Program-made: the position numbers and the translations under genes
Notes under the pieces: model-generated
Database searches by the model: none
The model's input: only the letters and a program-made list of their open reading frames with translations
Told to the model about the DNA's origin: nothing
Shown: piece by piece, positions 1 through 7,012 of the stretch
Layout: the number at the start of each line of letters is the position of its first letter
Position numbering within the stretch: the stretch's first letter is position 1
Virus record (IMG/VR): IMGVR_UViG_3300045988_037305
Span: 1 to 40,116 of that record
Strand: one strand, 5' to 3'
Source of the DNA: a virus
Length of the DNA stretch: 40,116 nt

Positions 1-79
1 TGTTTTGGCACCCGGCTACGGTGCTGTTTTGGCACCCGGCTACGGTGCTGTTTTGGCACCCGGCTACGGTGCTGTTTTG
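1..79. repeat. 24-bp tandem repeat array, left-end part (3 full units plus 7 nt of a fourth)
   Basis: The unit tgttttggcacccggctacggtgc occupies 1-24, 25-48 and 49-72, then tgttttg. Each unit contains the inverted pair GCACC-N7-GGTGC. Positions 1-47 are identical to 40070-40116. Confidence 0.95.
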
Positions 80-370
80 TAACTCTGAACATTCAAAGTT
101 GAATCTATAATAACACCGTTTCGCCCTGTTATTGACAAATATTTCTTTTTTTTCCAATATTCCTTTTTCTGTCAGACTTTTAAGGCTACGCAAAACGTTT
201 TTATCAGTAATTCCCGCCCATTCTGCAATATATTCAGTTTTTCCCATGAACCACGAATTGCCGTCTTGCGAATATCCATAGATAAGTGCGGTTATTATCA
301 ACTCACTACCTTTCAAATCTAACCGTGTACGTAAAAATCCGGGAATTGTTATGTAATTATTTTCTTTCAT
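1..370 (-). CDS. Replication initiator / replisome-organizer-like protein, N-terminal part (the ORF runs off the left edge and continues at the right end of the window)
   Basis: ATG at 370. My translation is MKENNYITIPGFLRTRLDLKGSELIITALIYGYSQDGNSWFMGKTEYIAEWAGITDKNVLRSLKSLTEKGILEKKEIFVNNRAKRCYYRFNFECSELQN. This is a winged-HTH pattern typical of phage DnaD-like/replisome-organizer N-termini. It then reads through the 24-bp repeats as (STVAGCQN)n with no stop before position 1. It is absent from the ORF track because it has no stop inside the window. Confidence 0.6.
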   Translation of the reverse strand, partial: MKENNYITIPGFLRTRLDLKGSELIITALIYGYSQDGNSWFMGKTEYIAEWAGITDKNVLRSLKSLTEKGILEKKEIFVNNRAKRCYYRFNFECSELQNSTVAGCQNSTVAGCQNSTVAGCQN

Positions 371-833
371 TTTCTCTATTGTTTAGATAGTTAACCATTG
401 AAATATAATCATCAATAACATTTTTACTTATCCAATGTCTCCCTTGATATGAAAATAGTTTTTGAGCCACCTCGTTTGCATCATTATATGATTGTATAAT
501 ACTTTCTAAATCATAATTGTTGCAAACCTCACGTAATCGGTAAATTGCTTGCCCAAATGTATATACATTGAACAATCTTTGCCCGGCTGGGCTAATATCC
601 GAAATCATGCTATTAGCCAATATTTCGGCTTTTTCTTTGTCGTCAACTTGGAAAAGAATTAAATGCGTTTTATCGGGTATTTTTGCCGCTATCAAATACG
701 GGTTCTTTGTTATTCCTATCCTTATAATTTCATTTGAAACATCATTGCACAACCAATAAACGTGCAATTGTCTTGGTACAATGTTGAAACATAACTTTGC
801 GTACCCTTTTTGTAAATACTCATTGTATTTCAT
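357..833 (-). CDS. Hypothetical protein on an AT-rich insert; weak resemblance to GIY-YIG-superfamily/T5orf172-type domains
   Basis: This is track ORF 357..878 trimmed to the ATG at 833 (MKYNEYLQKGY...), because the upstream part overlaps a terminator-like hairpin and the 878 start is TTG. The segment HVYWLCNDVSNEIIRIGITKNP resembles the (Y)VY...KIG.T core of T5orf172/GIY-YIG-like domains, but no second motif was recognised. Sampled lines are about 25-30% GC. Confidence 0.35.
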   Translation of the reverse strand: MKYNEYLQKGYAKLCFNIVPRQLHVYWLCNDVSNEIIRIGITKNPYLIAAKIPDKTHLILFQVDDKEKAEILANSMISDISPAGQRLFNVYTFGQAIYRLREVCNNYDLESIIQSYNDANEVAQKLFSYQGRHWISKNVIDDYISMVNYLNNRENERK

Positions 834-835
834 AA

Positions 836-887
836 ATAAAAAAAGAAAAGCCCCACAATTTGAGCCGCTACGCATCAAACCCGGGGC
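836..887 (-). terminator. Imperfect stem-loop followed by a U-run (intrinsic terminator or leader attenuator)
   Basis: On the plus strand gcccc (850-854) pairs with ggggc (883-887), tttga (859-863) with tcaaa (875-879), and gc with gc inside. On the minus strand the stem is followed by cttttcttttttt (849-836), just upstream of the ATG at 833. Confidence 0.45.
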
Positions 888-949
888 ATGCTAAAATTAG
901 CAATATATTGTTCAGTCGGTAGCGGACGACTGATTTTATTTTCATACCG

Positions 950-985
950 CAAATATAGCGGTTTTATTTCATTCCAACAACTTCA
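950..985 (-). promoter_or_regulatory. Bacteroidota-type promoter candidate (-7 box TATATTTG)
   Basis: The reverse complement of caaatata at 950-957 is TATATTTG (consensus TAnnTTTG). There is a TTG-containing -33-like element about 17-20 nt upstream on the minus strand. It lies between the stop of ORF 969..1676 and ORF 357..833. Confidence 0.35.
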
Positions 986-1676
986 CGGGCTTAAATGCTT
1001 CTGTTACTTTACGCAAATTCCCCTCGCTTTCGTTCGGAACGATAGAAACAACCGGATAGCGAGAACGAACTCCGGGTTTTTGGGAAACGGCAAATTGTAC
1101 GTTCATATCCCAAACTATCCCCTTACAAAATCCCCGTTCCTCCAACATACCGTCGAACGTTTCCCGGATTTGCGGGATTGTGGACGCCGTACCCTTTGTT
1201 GAAAACTGCCATACCCCGGCAACGCCTCGTACCAATGGCACAATGAAATTCAACGTCAACGTAATTTCCCAACCGTCGTGTCCGTCCTGTTTGCTTTTCC
1301 TATTGGGGTAACGCTTAGCAATAGACAACATCAAATTCGGGTATTCTTTCGTTGTCAATGTTTCGTACTTTTTGCCGTCCCAAACGTGGAACGTTTCGCC
1401 GTCGCCCGCCGCAATCAATCGTCCGTCGTCGTCCCGGTATTCGTACCGCTCGTTACATACTTTCGCCGGGTCGTCGTCCGGGAAAACAATTTGGATTGTT
1501 TGTGGCTTTTCTCCGTATGCCTGTGTAAATAACCCGGCATATTTTCCCGTCGGTATGAAATAATCAACGCTTTGCGGGTATCCTTTGGCGTTTTTCATTC
1601 CGATTTTTATTTGTCCTACACGGGGCAAAATCAAACGGGATTTCTCCGCATCCGGTCGTTTTATTCGTCCTTTCAT
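969..1676 (-). CDS. Conserved phage recombination-module protein; possibly related to the phiC31 gp3 recombination-directionality-factor family, or an uncharacterised annealing/accessory protein
   Basis: 235 aa with an ATG start, located 6 nt downstream of the PD-(D/E)XK nuclease gene. The features LPRVGQIKIGMKNAKGYPQSVDYF, AAGDGETF and GVAGVWQFSTKG match my recollection of the gp3-like family pattern (RxGxIRLG ... DGE ... GVW). This rests on memory only and no alignment was run. Confidence 0.3.
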   Translation of the reverse strand: MKGRIKRPDAEKSRLILPRVGQIKIGMKNAKGYPQSVDYFIPTGKYAGLFTQAYGEKPQTIQIVFPDDDPAKVCNERYEYRDDDGRLIAAGDGETFHVWDGKKYETLTTKEYPNLMLSIAKRYPNRKSKQDGHDGWEITLTLNFIVPLVRGVAGVWQFSTKGTASTIPQIRETFDGMLEERGFCKGIVWDMNVQFAVSQKPGVRSRYPVVSIVPNESEGNLRKVTEAFKPVKLLE

Positions 1677-1682
1677 GCTCTT

Positions 1683-3401
1683 TTATATTTCGGGGTCGTC
1701 GTTCAACAATATTTTCTTATTCTCGTTTTGGGGCTTTTTGGGCGTGTCTGCGGGCTTTTGTTCCCTTTCCGGTGTAACCGTCCGTTTTGCCGCCTTTCGT
1801 CCCGTGGCGGGCTTCTTTGCCGCCTCCTTTGCCGTTTTCCCGGTGCGTTTCACAATCTTTGTTTTCTTAATCTCCGGTTCCGGCGTTGGTTCCGGGCTTT
1901 GCTCCGGTTCGTTTTCAATCTCATACGCTTTCATTCTCAATTCAAACGCCTGCAATTCCTTTCCCTGCAATTTTTCTGCTTCTGAAAATACGTTTATATC
2001 CTCCCACGTTTGCGCCTCTGAAAAACTTTGATACGCCCCGGTAACTTTTACATAACCGTCAGAACATTTGTAAATATTGGTTGCTATGCTATACCATCTG
2101 TGTTCGTCTAAATTCAACCCCTTTTCAACCAATTCAACGCCGTTTACTTTTGCAATATCTGTTACTTCCCACAAAGAATATGGGGCAACATCATTTATTG
2201 TAACCTCAAATTCTGAACACGTCATTTGCTTTTTTTGCTCCGGTTCCGGTTTCAAATCCTCAACGGTAACGGCTTTGTAGGATTCCGGCGTTTGTTCGGG
2301 GGCAACCGCATCCGCTTTGACGGTATCGGCGGCGTCCGTGGTTTCGTCCGGGGTCGCCTCTTTGGGGGCTTTCGTCTTAATCAATTCCGCCAAAGACAAC
2401 GATATTACATTTTGGGACAAATCCGGGTTATCATCCAACACAACCATACCATTAACCGCCGTAAACGTATTATCCCGCTTTTCGTCCTCAATGGTGGCAA
2501 TCTCCAACAGATAGGGGATTTTCCGTATATTGGGGCTTTCGGTTTGCTCTTTCAGATTGTACGACGGTTTTTTGCGCCAATCTTTCGGACTGAAATTGAA
2601 AATACGGGTAACGGGGAATTGCTCAAAATTGACGTTCCACATATCCCGGTACATTCCCAATTGTATTTCGCTTTCCTCGTAAAAGCCTTTGCGCCCGCTT
2701 TTGAAATCGACAATTGCGTTAATTCGGTCGTCGCTTCCAATCTTTGCCCGCATGGTACACGGGCAATCAATCATTCCGGCGTACTTGTAATACGGGTGTA
2801 CCAACGCAATTTCAACGGCTAACGGTCGTACATCATAATCCAACACGAATTGCGCAAACGCTAATACGTCCTTTTTCAAATCGTCAGCGTAATAAATAAA
2901 GCCCTCCGGCAATCGGTAAACCTCAATGTATTCTTTTAGTTTGCCTTTCAGCCCGTCCAAATCATACGCCCGGTTAATCAACAATTCCTCAAATGCGGCG
3001 TGCATAAACGTTCCATACGCCGCCCGTTCGCCTTTATATCGCTCCGCTTCCTCAATGCCTTTGTTCGCAATCCAATTTATAAGGTGCGGGGCTTTGGGCA
3101 ACGTTTGGGACAATATGGTTGTAACCGACGGGAAAAACTCCGGGTTCCCGTAGTCGTCGTATCGGTAGTAATATCGATGTCCCTTGCTGTTCAACTGCCA
3201 AACCTTATACGGGGGTTCAATCAATGTTTTTTCGTCGAAAAACATTGCTGTCATTTCCTCAACCGTCATGCCCGGTAATATCTCATACACTCCGGTTGAT
3301 TGTTCCTCGGCAATCGCCGGGAATATATCCGGGGCAACATTGCCGACGGTTCCCGCAACCTCTTTTACCGGGTTGCCCGGTTTATCGCTCTTGGTTCTCA
3401 T
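1683..3401 (-). CDS. PD-(D/E)XK (RecB/Cas4/lambda-Exo-like) nuclease fused to an extra C-terminal domain and a Lys-rich tail
   Basis: 572 aa. Motifs appear in order: GTFMHAAFEEL, GMIDCPC (D), IVDFKSG (D-x-K), EIQLGMYRDMW (QxxxY). After about residue 340 comes a P/E/T/D/A-rich linker, then a ~110-aa domain (MTCSEFEVTINDVAPYSLWEV...), then the PE-rich and Lys-rich segment KKTKIVKRTGKTAKEAAKKPATGRKAAKRTV. The protein ends in LLNDDPEI. Confidence 0.7.
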   Translation of the reverse strand: MRTKSDKPGNPVKEVAGTVGNVAPDIFPAIAEEQSTGVYEILPGMTVEEMTAMFFDEKTLIEPPYKVWQLNSKGHRYYYRYDDYGNPEFFPSVTTILSQTLPKAPHLINWIANKGIEEAERYKGERAAYGTFMHAAFEELLINRAYDLDGLKGKLKEYIEVYRLPEGFIYYADDLKKDVLAFAQFVLDYDVRPLAVEIALVHPYYKYAGMIDCPCTMRAKIGSDDRINAIVDFKSGRKGFYEESEIQLGMYRDMWNVNFEQFPVTRIFNFSPKDWRKKPSYNLKEQTESPNIRKIPYLLEIATIEDEKRDNTFTAVNGMVVLDDNPDLSQNVISLSLAELIKTKAPKEATPDETTDAADTVKADAVAPEQTPESYKAVTVEDLKPEPEQKKQMTCSEFEVTINDVAPYSLWEVTDIAKVNGVELVEKGLNLDEHRWYSIATNIYKCSDGYVKVTGAYQSFSEAQTWEDINVFSEAEKLQGKELQAFELRMKAYEIENEPEQSPEPTPEPEIKKTKIVKRTGKTAKEAAKKPATGRKAAKRTVTPEREQKPADTPKKPQNENKKILLNDDPEI

Positions 3402-3610
3402 TACTTGTATTTTTTATATTCCAAAATTCCACATACTACCATTACAGCGCATAGTGCCGCAAATAGCAATTGCCATGGGTTCCAAAATGCGCCAACAAAT
3501 GCAACAACGCCCAATATGCCAAATAAGGCAATTATGGCTTTTGCTTGCCACAACTCCGAAAACACTGTATCGGTGACGGCTTCTAACCATTCAACAAATT
3601 CACTTTTCAT
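3401..3610 (-). CDS. Small membrane protein (2 predicted TM helices)
   Basis: This is track ORF 3401..3688 trimmed to the ATG at 3610 (MKSEFVEWLEAVTDTVFSELWQAKAIIALFGILGVVAFVGAFWNPWQLLFAALCAVMVVCGILEYKKYK). It has two hydrophobic stretches. Its stop overlaps the nuclease ATG (TAATG). Confidence 0.5.
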   Translation of the reverse strand: MKSEFVEWLEAVTDTVFSELWQAKAIIALFGILGVVAFVGAFWNPWQLLFAALCAVMVVCGILEYKKYK

Positions 3611-3848
3611 TGCCGCCCTCCAATCCAAACAGGTAATCCGCCGTACAATCCAACATTTCACAAAGGATAACGACCCATTCCGGGACAATCCGTTTAGTCG
3701 TGCCGTTACATAAATTCGTCATATTGACCTGTTGTGCGCTTTCGCTTGCACCCTCAAAAAGACGGGCGGCAATGTCTTTTTTCAATACCTTTTTCCCGTT
3801 CATCTCGGAACGGGCGATTGCTTCGTTTACTCTTAGTCTTAATGCCAT
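3600..3848 (-). CDS. XRE/Cro-CI-type helix-turn-helix transcriptional regulator
   Basis: 82 aa: LRLRVNEAIARSEMNGKKVLKKDIAARLFEG...QQVNMTNLCNGTTKRIVPEWVVILCEMLDCTADYLFGL. This follows the classic HTH_3 layout including the terminal DYLFG. It is preceded by a promoter candidate. Confidence 0.7.
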   Translation of the reverse strand: MALRLRVNEAIARSEMNGKKVLKKDIAARLFEGASESAQQVNMTNLCNGTTKRIVPEWVVILCEMLDCTADYLFGLEGGNEK

Positions 3849-3922
3849 AACTTTTGTTTTTTATGTTAATACTCGGTTCTTTTTTTGCCCGGTATCCCTC
3901 CGGGTAGGCTGTTTTCGTTCCG

Positions 3923-3957
3923 CAAATATAGAAAGATTTTTTTTAATTACCAAAAAT
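3923..3957 (-). promoter_or_regulatory. Bacteroidota-type promoter candidate upstream of the HTH regulator
   Basis: The minus strand reads tttTTTGgtaattaaaaaaaatctttcTATATTTG, that is TTTG, 20 nt, then TAnnTTTG. The -33 context TTTGGTAATTAAAA is shared with the duplicated promoters at 4846 and 37988. Confidence 0.5.
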
Positions 3958-4226
3958 ATAGCCTTTGTTTTTCAAACAATTTTTACCGGGGACATTGCAT
4001 AATAGGATTTTTAGCCTAACTTTGCAATACCGCATTACCAAAATATCGCTCTCGGTTACTGCGTACCGAACCCCCGGCGTATCTGTTACGTTTGGGGGTT
4101 CATCTTTTCCAACGCCATTTGCTCCGCACAATAACAAAATCGGTATATATCGCCATAATATCCCGTTTTGTTTGTTATTTCCTCAATAACGCCCGCCGGA
4201 TATTCCCCAAACGCCACATATCCGTA

Positions 4227-4505
4227 TTATCTTATTTCGTACAAACTCAATGAATTTTCGCACAATACCCACGTCGGGAATTTAGGGTTTTGCAGATAAC
4301 AAAGGGTATCCAATGCCGCCCGGCTTGTATAAAACCACAACCCAAATTTTTTGCCGATAAAATACATATCGTTTACCCCTGTTTCCCGGTATTTCTCCGA
4401 TACCATTTGTTGGCTGTAAATGATTGACGAAAATTTAACTTTGCCGTCTAACTTGGTTGCAATCTCAGCAATGTCCGTCGCTTGTGTTCTTTTCTTTGTT
4501 TCCAT
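4227..4505 (-). CDS. Hypothetical early protein
   Basis: 92-aa ORF with an ATG start. It is the second gene downstream of duplicated promoter copy A. No motif was recognised. Confidence 0.45.
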   Translation of the reverse strand: METKKRTQATDIAEIATKLDGKVKFSSIIYSQQMVSEKYRETGVNDMYFIGKKFGLWFYTSRAALDTLCYLQNPKFPTWVLCENSLSLYEIR

Positions 4506-4545
4506 ATTTGAAATTTATTTGGTTCTATGAATCCGCCCGGTCGGA

Positions 4546-4791
4546 TTAGTAATAATAAAAGGATATTTTCAAACCCCGGCGCAACTTACAATGTTCAGCG
4601 TCTTTGAGACAACGGAACGCACGACGCAGTAATTTGTTCGCCATTTCAACGCCTACTAACTTAAGCAAACCGTAAACGCCAACCAACGTGTTAATCTTTT
4701 TACCGTTGAACAATCCGTTTACTTTGATTTTGAAAGTACTATTAATCTCTTTTGTTGTATATTCCAAACCGTTGTAAATTGTTGTTGTCAT
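4546..4791 (-). CDS. Hypothetical early protein
   Basis: 81-aa ORF whose ATG lies about 55 nt downstream of the TATATTTG box of repeat copy A. No motif was recognised. Confidence 0.45.
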   Translation of the reverse strand: MTTTIYNGLEYTTKEINSTFKIKVNGLFNGKKINTLVGVYGLLKLVGVEMANKLLRRAFRCLKDAEHCKLRRGLKISFYYY

Positions 4792-4813
4792 TTTTATTTT
4801 CTTTTATGTTCGA

Positions 4814-4996
4814 GGAAAACGCCCCGTCGTTGTTGTTTGGCAATGCAAATATACAACCTTTATTTTAATTACCAAAAAAATTTCCTTTTATTTTTCATTT
4901 TTCGGGTAAAAAAAATTCTTTTGGTTCAAAAGATAGTTATTTTTGCCGAATTTTCGATTTAAGCCACTTTCTTTGCTCAGATATATAATTTATCCA
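4814..4996. repeat. Copy A of a ~183-bp dispersed direct repeat (promoter/regulatory region); copy B is at 37956-38139
   Basis: By-eye alignment shows a ~130-nt core (tcgttgttgttt...gccgaattttcg) that differs from copy B by one substitution and one 1-nt indel. The flanks are more diverged. Confidence 0.9.
4846..4882 (-). promoter_or_regulatory. Bacteroidota-type promoter candidate (inside repeat copy A)
   Basis: The minus strand reads TTTGgtaattaaaataaaggttgTATATTTG, that is TTTG, 19 nt, then TAnnTTTG. An upstream inverted repeat CTTTTG-N3-CAAAAG at 4918-4932 is a possible operator. Confidence 0.55.
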
Positions 4997-5002
4997 CCGT
5001 AA

Positions 5003-5025
5003 TAAAAAAAGCCCGCTACGGGGCT
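5003..5025 (-). terminator. Intrinsic terminator candidate (second of a tandem pair after the lysis genes)
   Basis: The stem is agccc (5010-5014) pairing with gggct (5021-5025), with a 6-nt loop. On the minus strand it is followed by a run of seven U (plus-strand A-run 5004-5010). Confidence 0.5.
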
Positions 5026-5040
5026 AAAAATGGGCAAAAC

Positions 5041-5065
5041 GAAAAAAGCCGGGGAAAACCCGGCT
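5041..5065 (-). terminator. Intrinsic terminator after the lysis module
   Basis: The 7-bp stem is agccggg (5047-5053) pairing with cccggct (5059-5065). On the minus strand it is followed by UUUUUU (plus-strand A-run 5042-5047). It lies 57 nt downstream of the stop at 5122. Confidence 0.6.
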
Positions 5066-5121
5066 AATCCTTGAAAACAATCTTTAATTATGTGGTCAAA
5101 TGTAATTCGATACAAAGATAG

Positions 5122-5736
5122 TTATTTTTCTATCTCTATATATTCAACCCCCATTATTTTTGTATGCGGGTTCCTGCTGACAACATCAATTTCCCGGTTC
5201 TTTATTTTCTTGGTTTTCCATAAAAAACCCAACCAACGTTTGTATTGTACCGTTTCGACAATCAACAGACTATCCCGGTTTATATGCGTCCCTGTAAATT
5301 GTCCGTCCGGCTTGGCGCATCCGTGCAACTCAAACCACGGTTCTACAATGTCAACACAACGCAAAACAGTTGTAACCGTGTCGCCGGGCAAATATACGAT
5401 ACTATCCCGGACGGTTCCCCGTAACTCGTTAATCGTTTCCAATTGGGTTGTCGTTATTCGTCGCAAATCTCGGTTCTTTGTCTGCAATGTCTTTATCAAC
5501 TCCGCATCGCTCGTCCGGTATTTTTCAAACTCTGACAATTTCAGTTCCAAAACCCCAACTTTGGCGGCGTTCAAACTGTCTTTCGTTTGGTACGTCTCGA
5601 CGTTCTGCAATAGTATTTCGGTATTGCTCCGGTATCTGTCCCGTTCCTCTGTCAACCTCTTTATTTTGGCGTGTTGCGCCCAAAAGGTGGCGGCAACCGC
5701 CAAAATGATTGCCGCCCAAATCAAATACTTTTTCAT
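5122..5736 (-). CDS. Membrane-anchored coiled-coil protein in the lysis cassette (possible spanin-like or lysis accessory protein)
   Basis: 204 aa. It has an N-terminal TM helix (MKKYLIWAAIILAVAATFWA), then a heptad-like helical region (KIKRLTEERDRYRSNTEILLQNVETYQ...). Its ATG overlaps the amidase stop (ATGA). It is the last gene before the tandem terminators. Confidence 0.45.
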   Translation of the reverse strand: MKKYLIWAAIILAVAATFWAQHAKIKRLTEERDRYRSNTEILLQNVETYQTKDSLNAAKVGVLELKLSEFEKYRTSDAELIKTLQTKNRDLRRITTTQLETINELRGTVRDSIVYLPGDTVTTVLRCVDIVEPWFELHGCAKPDGQFTGTHINRDSLLIVETVQYKRWLGFLWKTKKIKNREIDVVSRNPHTKIMGVEYIEIEK

Positions 5737-6323
5737 AACGTCAATACCCTTTTAATTGCGGCAACGTGCATATTGGCGATACGTTCCCGCCCGTCGTCGC
5801 TCATTATGAAACGGCAATCTTTTTCGGTATCCATGAAAAAGTTTTCCGTAAGAATTGCCGGGCAACTCGTGTGTTTGAGGATATACAACGCCGCTTCCTT
5901 ATCCGGGTCGCCGTCGGCATAATCGAAGCGCATGCGCCAACCGTCCGGCACGAATACCCGTTGCGCTTCCTCGGCAAATACCGTGGCGATTGCATCCGCT
6001 TTCGTTTCTCCGGGCGACGTGTAAACCTCCCAACCGGTACCGCCTCCGGCGTTGGCGTGGACGGACACCAAAAACGCCTTTTCATTGTAATTGCGGTAAA
6101 TCTCATTTGCTCGGCGGCAACGTTCCGCCAATGACACGTCGTTTGTTTCCGGGGTTAATATCTCGTACCCAATCGCCAAATCGTCCAATTTGGCGGCGAT
6201 ACGGCGCACAATGTCCCGGTTAAACTCCCATTCAAACAGTTGCGAACCGTCACCCCAAACCGGGGAACGCTTCCCGGCTGTTTCTTTTCCGTGTCCGTTG
6301 TCTAAAATTACAATCGGTTTCAT
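5733..6323 (-). CDS. N-acetylmuramoyl-L-alanine amidase (Amidase_3-type endolysin)
   Basis: 196 aa. The segments ILDNGHGKETAGKRSP, FLVSVHANAGGG and ALYILKHTSCPAILTENFFMD match the zinc-amidase family pattern (GHG ... H.N ... E). It lies directly downstream of the holin. Confidence 0.85.
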   Translation of the reverse strand: MKPIVILDNGHGKETAGKRSPVWGDGSQLFEWEFNRDIVRRIAAKLDDLAIGYEILTPETNDVSLAERCRRANEIYRNYNEKAFLVSVHANAGGGTGWEVYTSPGETKADAIATVFAEEAQRVFVPDGWRMRFDYADGDPDKEAALYILKHTSCPAILTENFFMDTEKDCRFIMSDDGRERIANMHVAAIKRVLTL

Positions 6324-6844
6324 TTCTTTTTCTCCTTTTCTTTATTGTTAATAATATCGTCGGTTTCCTTTTGGAAACGCTCGATTATTGGTTGCCAATA
6401 AGACGGCATCGCCCGTGTAAATTCCAACCGAATGACATGATATATTATTCGCAAGGCAATTTCTTTAGGGTATGCCTTAATTAAGTTACGAAACGCATTT
6501 TGCAAATATACATACATGAACACGTATGTAAGCGACTTTATAACAATAATTGCCGCCCCGCCGTCGCCACATTGCCACATCACGGAATAAATGACGTATA
6601 TAATAACGACGTACAGAAGCAATTCGCACAATGCGTTTTTAAATTTAGGAAACGAAAAGTTTTTGCATCGCACAATTGCCACGCCGTCCGCCCTCATTCC
6701 CGCCCAAATGTTGAACGCAAACATAATAACTAACGCATACATAAACCCCGCCGTCGGGATTAGATATGCAAATAACGGGCTTGCGGTCGTGGCGAATATC
6801 ATACGCCATTGTTCCCAACTAAAAATTTTATCCATATCGTCCAT
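6320..6844 (-). CDS. Holin (multi-TM phage holin family)
   Basis: 174 aa with 3-4 hydrophobic helices (FATTASPLFAYLIPTAGFMYALVIMFAFNIWAG, LCELLLYVVIIYVIYSVMW, AAIIVIKSLTYVFMYVYL) and a charged C-terminal tail (NNKEKEKKK). It overlaps the amidase start. Confidence 0.65.
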   Translation of the reverse strand: MDDMDKIFSWEQWRMIFATTASPLFAYLIPTAGFMYALVIMFAFNIWAGMRADGVAIVRCKNFSFPKFKNALCELLLYVVIIYVIYSVMWQCGDGGAAIIVIKSLTYVFMYVYLQNAFRNLIKAYPKEIALRIIYHVIRLEFTRAMPSYWQPIIERFQKETDDIINNKEKEKKK

Positions 6845-6858
6845 AAATAAAGAGTTAA

Positions 6859-6879
6859 GGGGCGGCGGTAAACCGCCCC
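6859..6879 (-). other. GC-rich hairpin between the fibre gene and the holin (possible weak terminator or RNA structure)
   Basis: ggggcgg (6859-6865) pairs with ccgcccc (6873-6879) across a 7-nt loop. The minus-strand downstream sequence ttaactctttattt is only moderately U-rich. A second hairpin, ggcggg-aaaatt-cccgcc, lies at 6989-7006. Confidence 0.35.
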
Positions 6880-7012
6880 CGTTTTGGTTATTGCTTTATA
6901 ATCTCGCACAACATAAATTCCGTGCGGTTGTCAACCGCCGTGGTTGTTCCGTTGATAATGTTTCTTTCTTGCATAATGTTTATTTTATGGCGGGAAAATT
7001 CCCGCCTTGTTT

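Noticed and set aside
1-79. The 24-bp repeats at both ends could be a CRISPR array.
   Set aside because: The units are directly tandem with no spacers. They lie inside an open reading frame, and no cas genes are present.
4068-4101. The GC-rich stem-loop could be part of a tRNA.
   Set aside because: It is a single 8-bp stem with an 18-nt loop. There is no cloverleaf arrangement, no acceptor stem and no T-loop (GTTCRANNC in the correct context).
3943-4189. Track ORFs 3943..4137 (-) and 3965..4189 (+) lie in the gap upstream of the HTH regulator.
   Set aside because: They overlap the promoter boxes and the GC hairpin, have no coupled start context, and have implausible composition. I treat the region as regulatory and non-coding.
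6888-6974. A 28-aa minus-strand ORF (MQERNIINGTTTAVDNRTEFMLCEIIKQ) lies between the fibre gene and the holin.
   Set aside because: It is too short to support without comparative or proteomic evidence, and it lies between two hairpins in an otherwise non-coding spacer.
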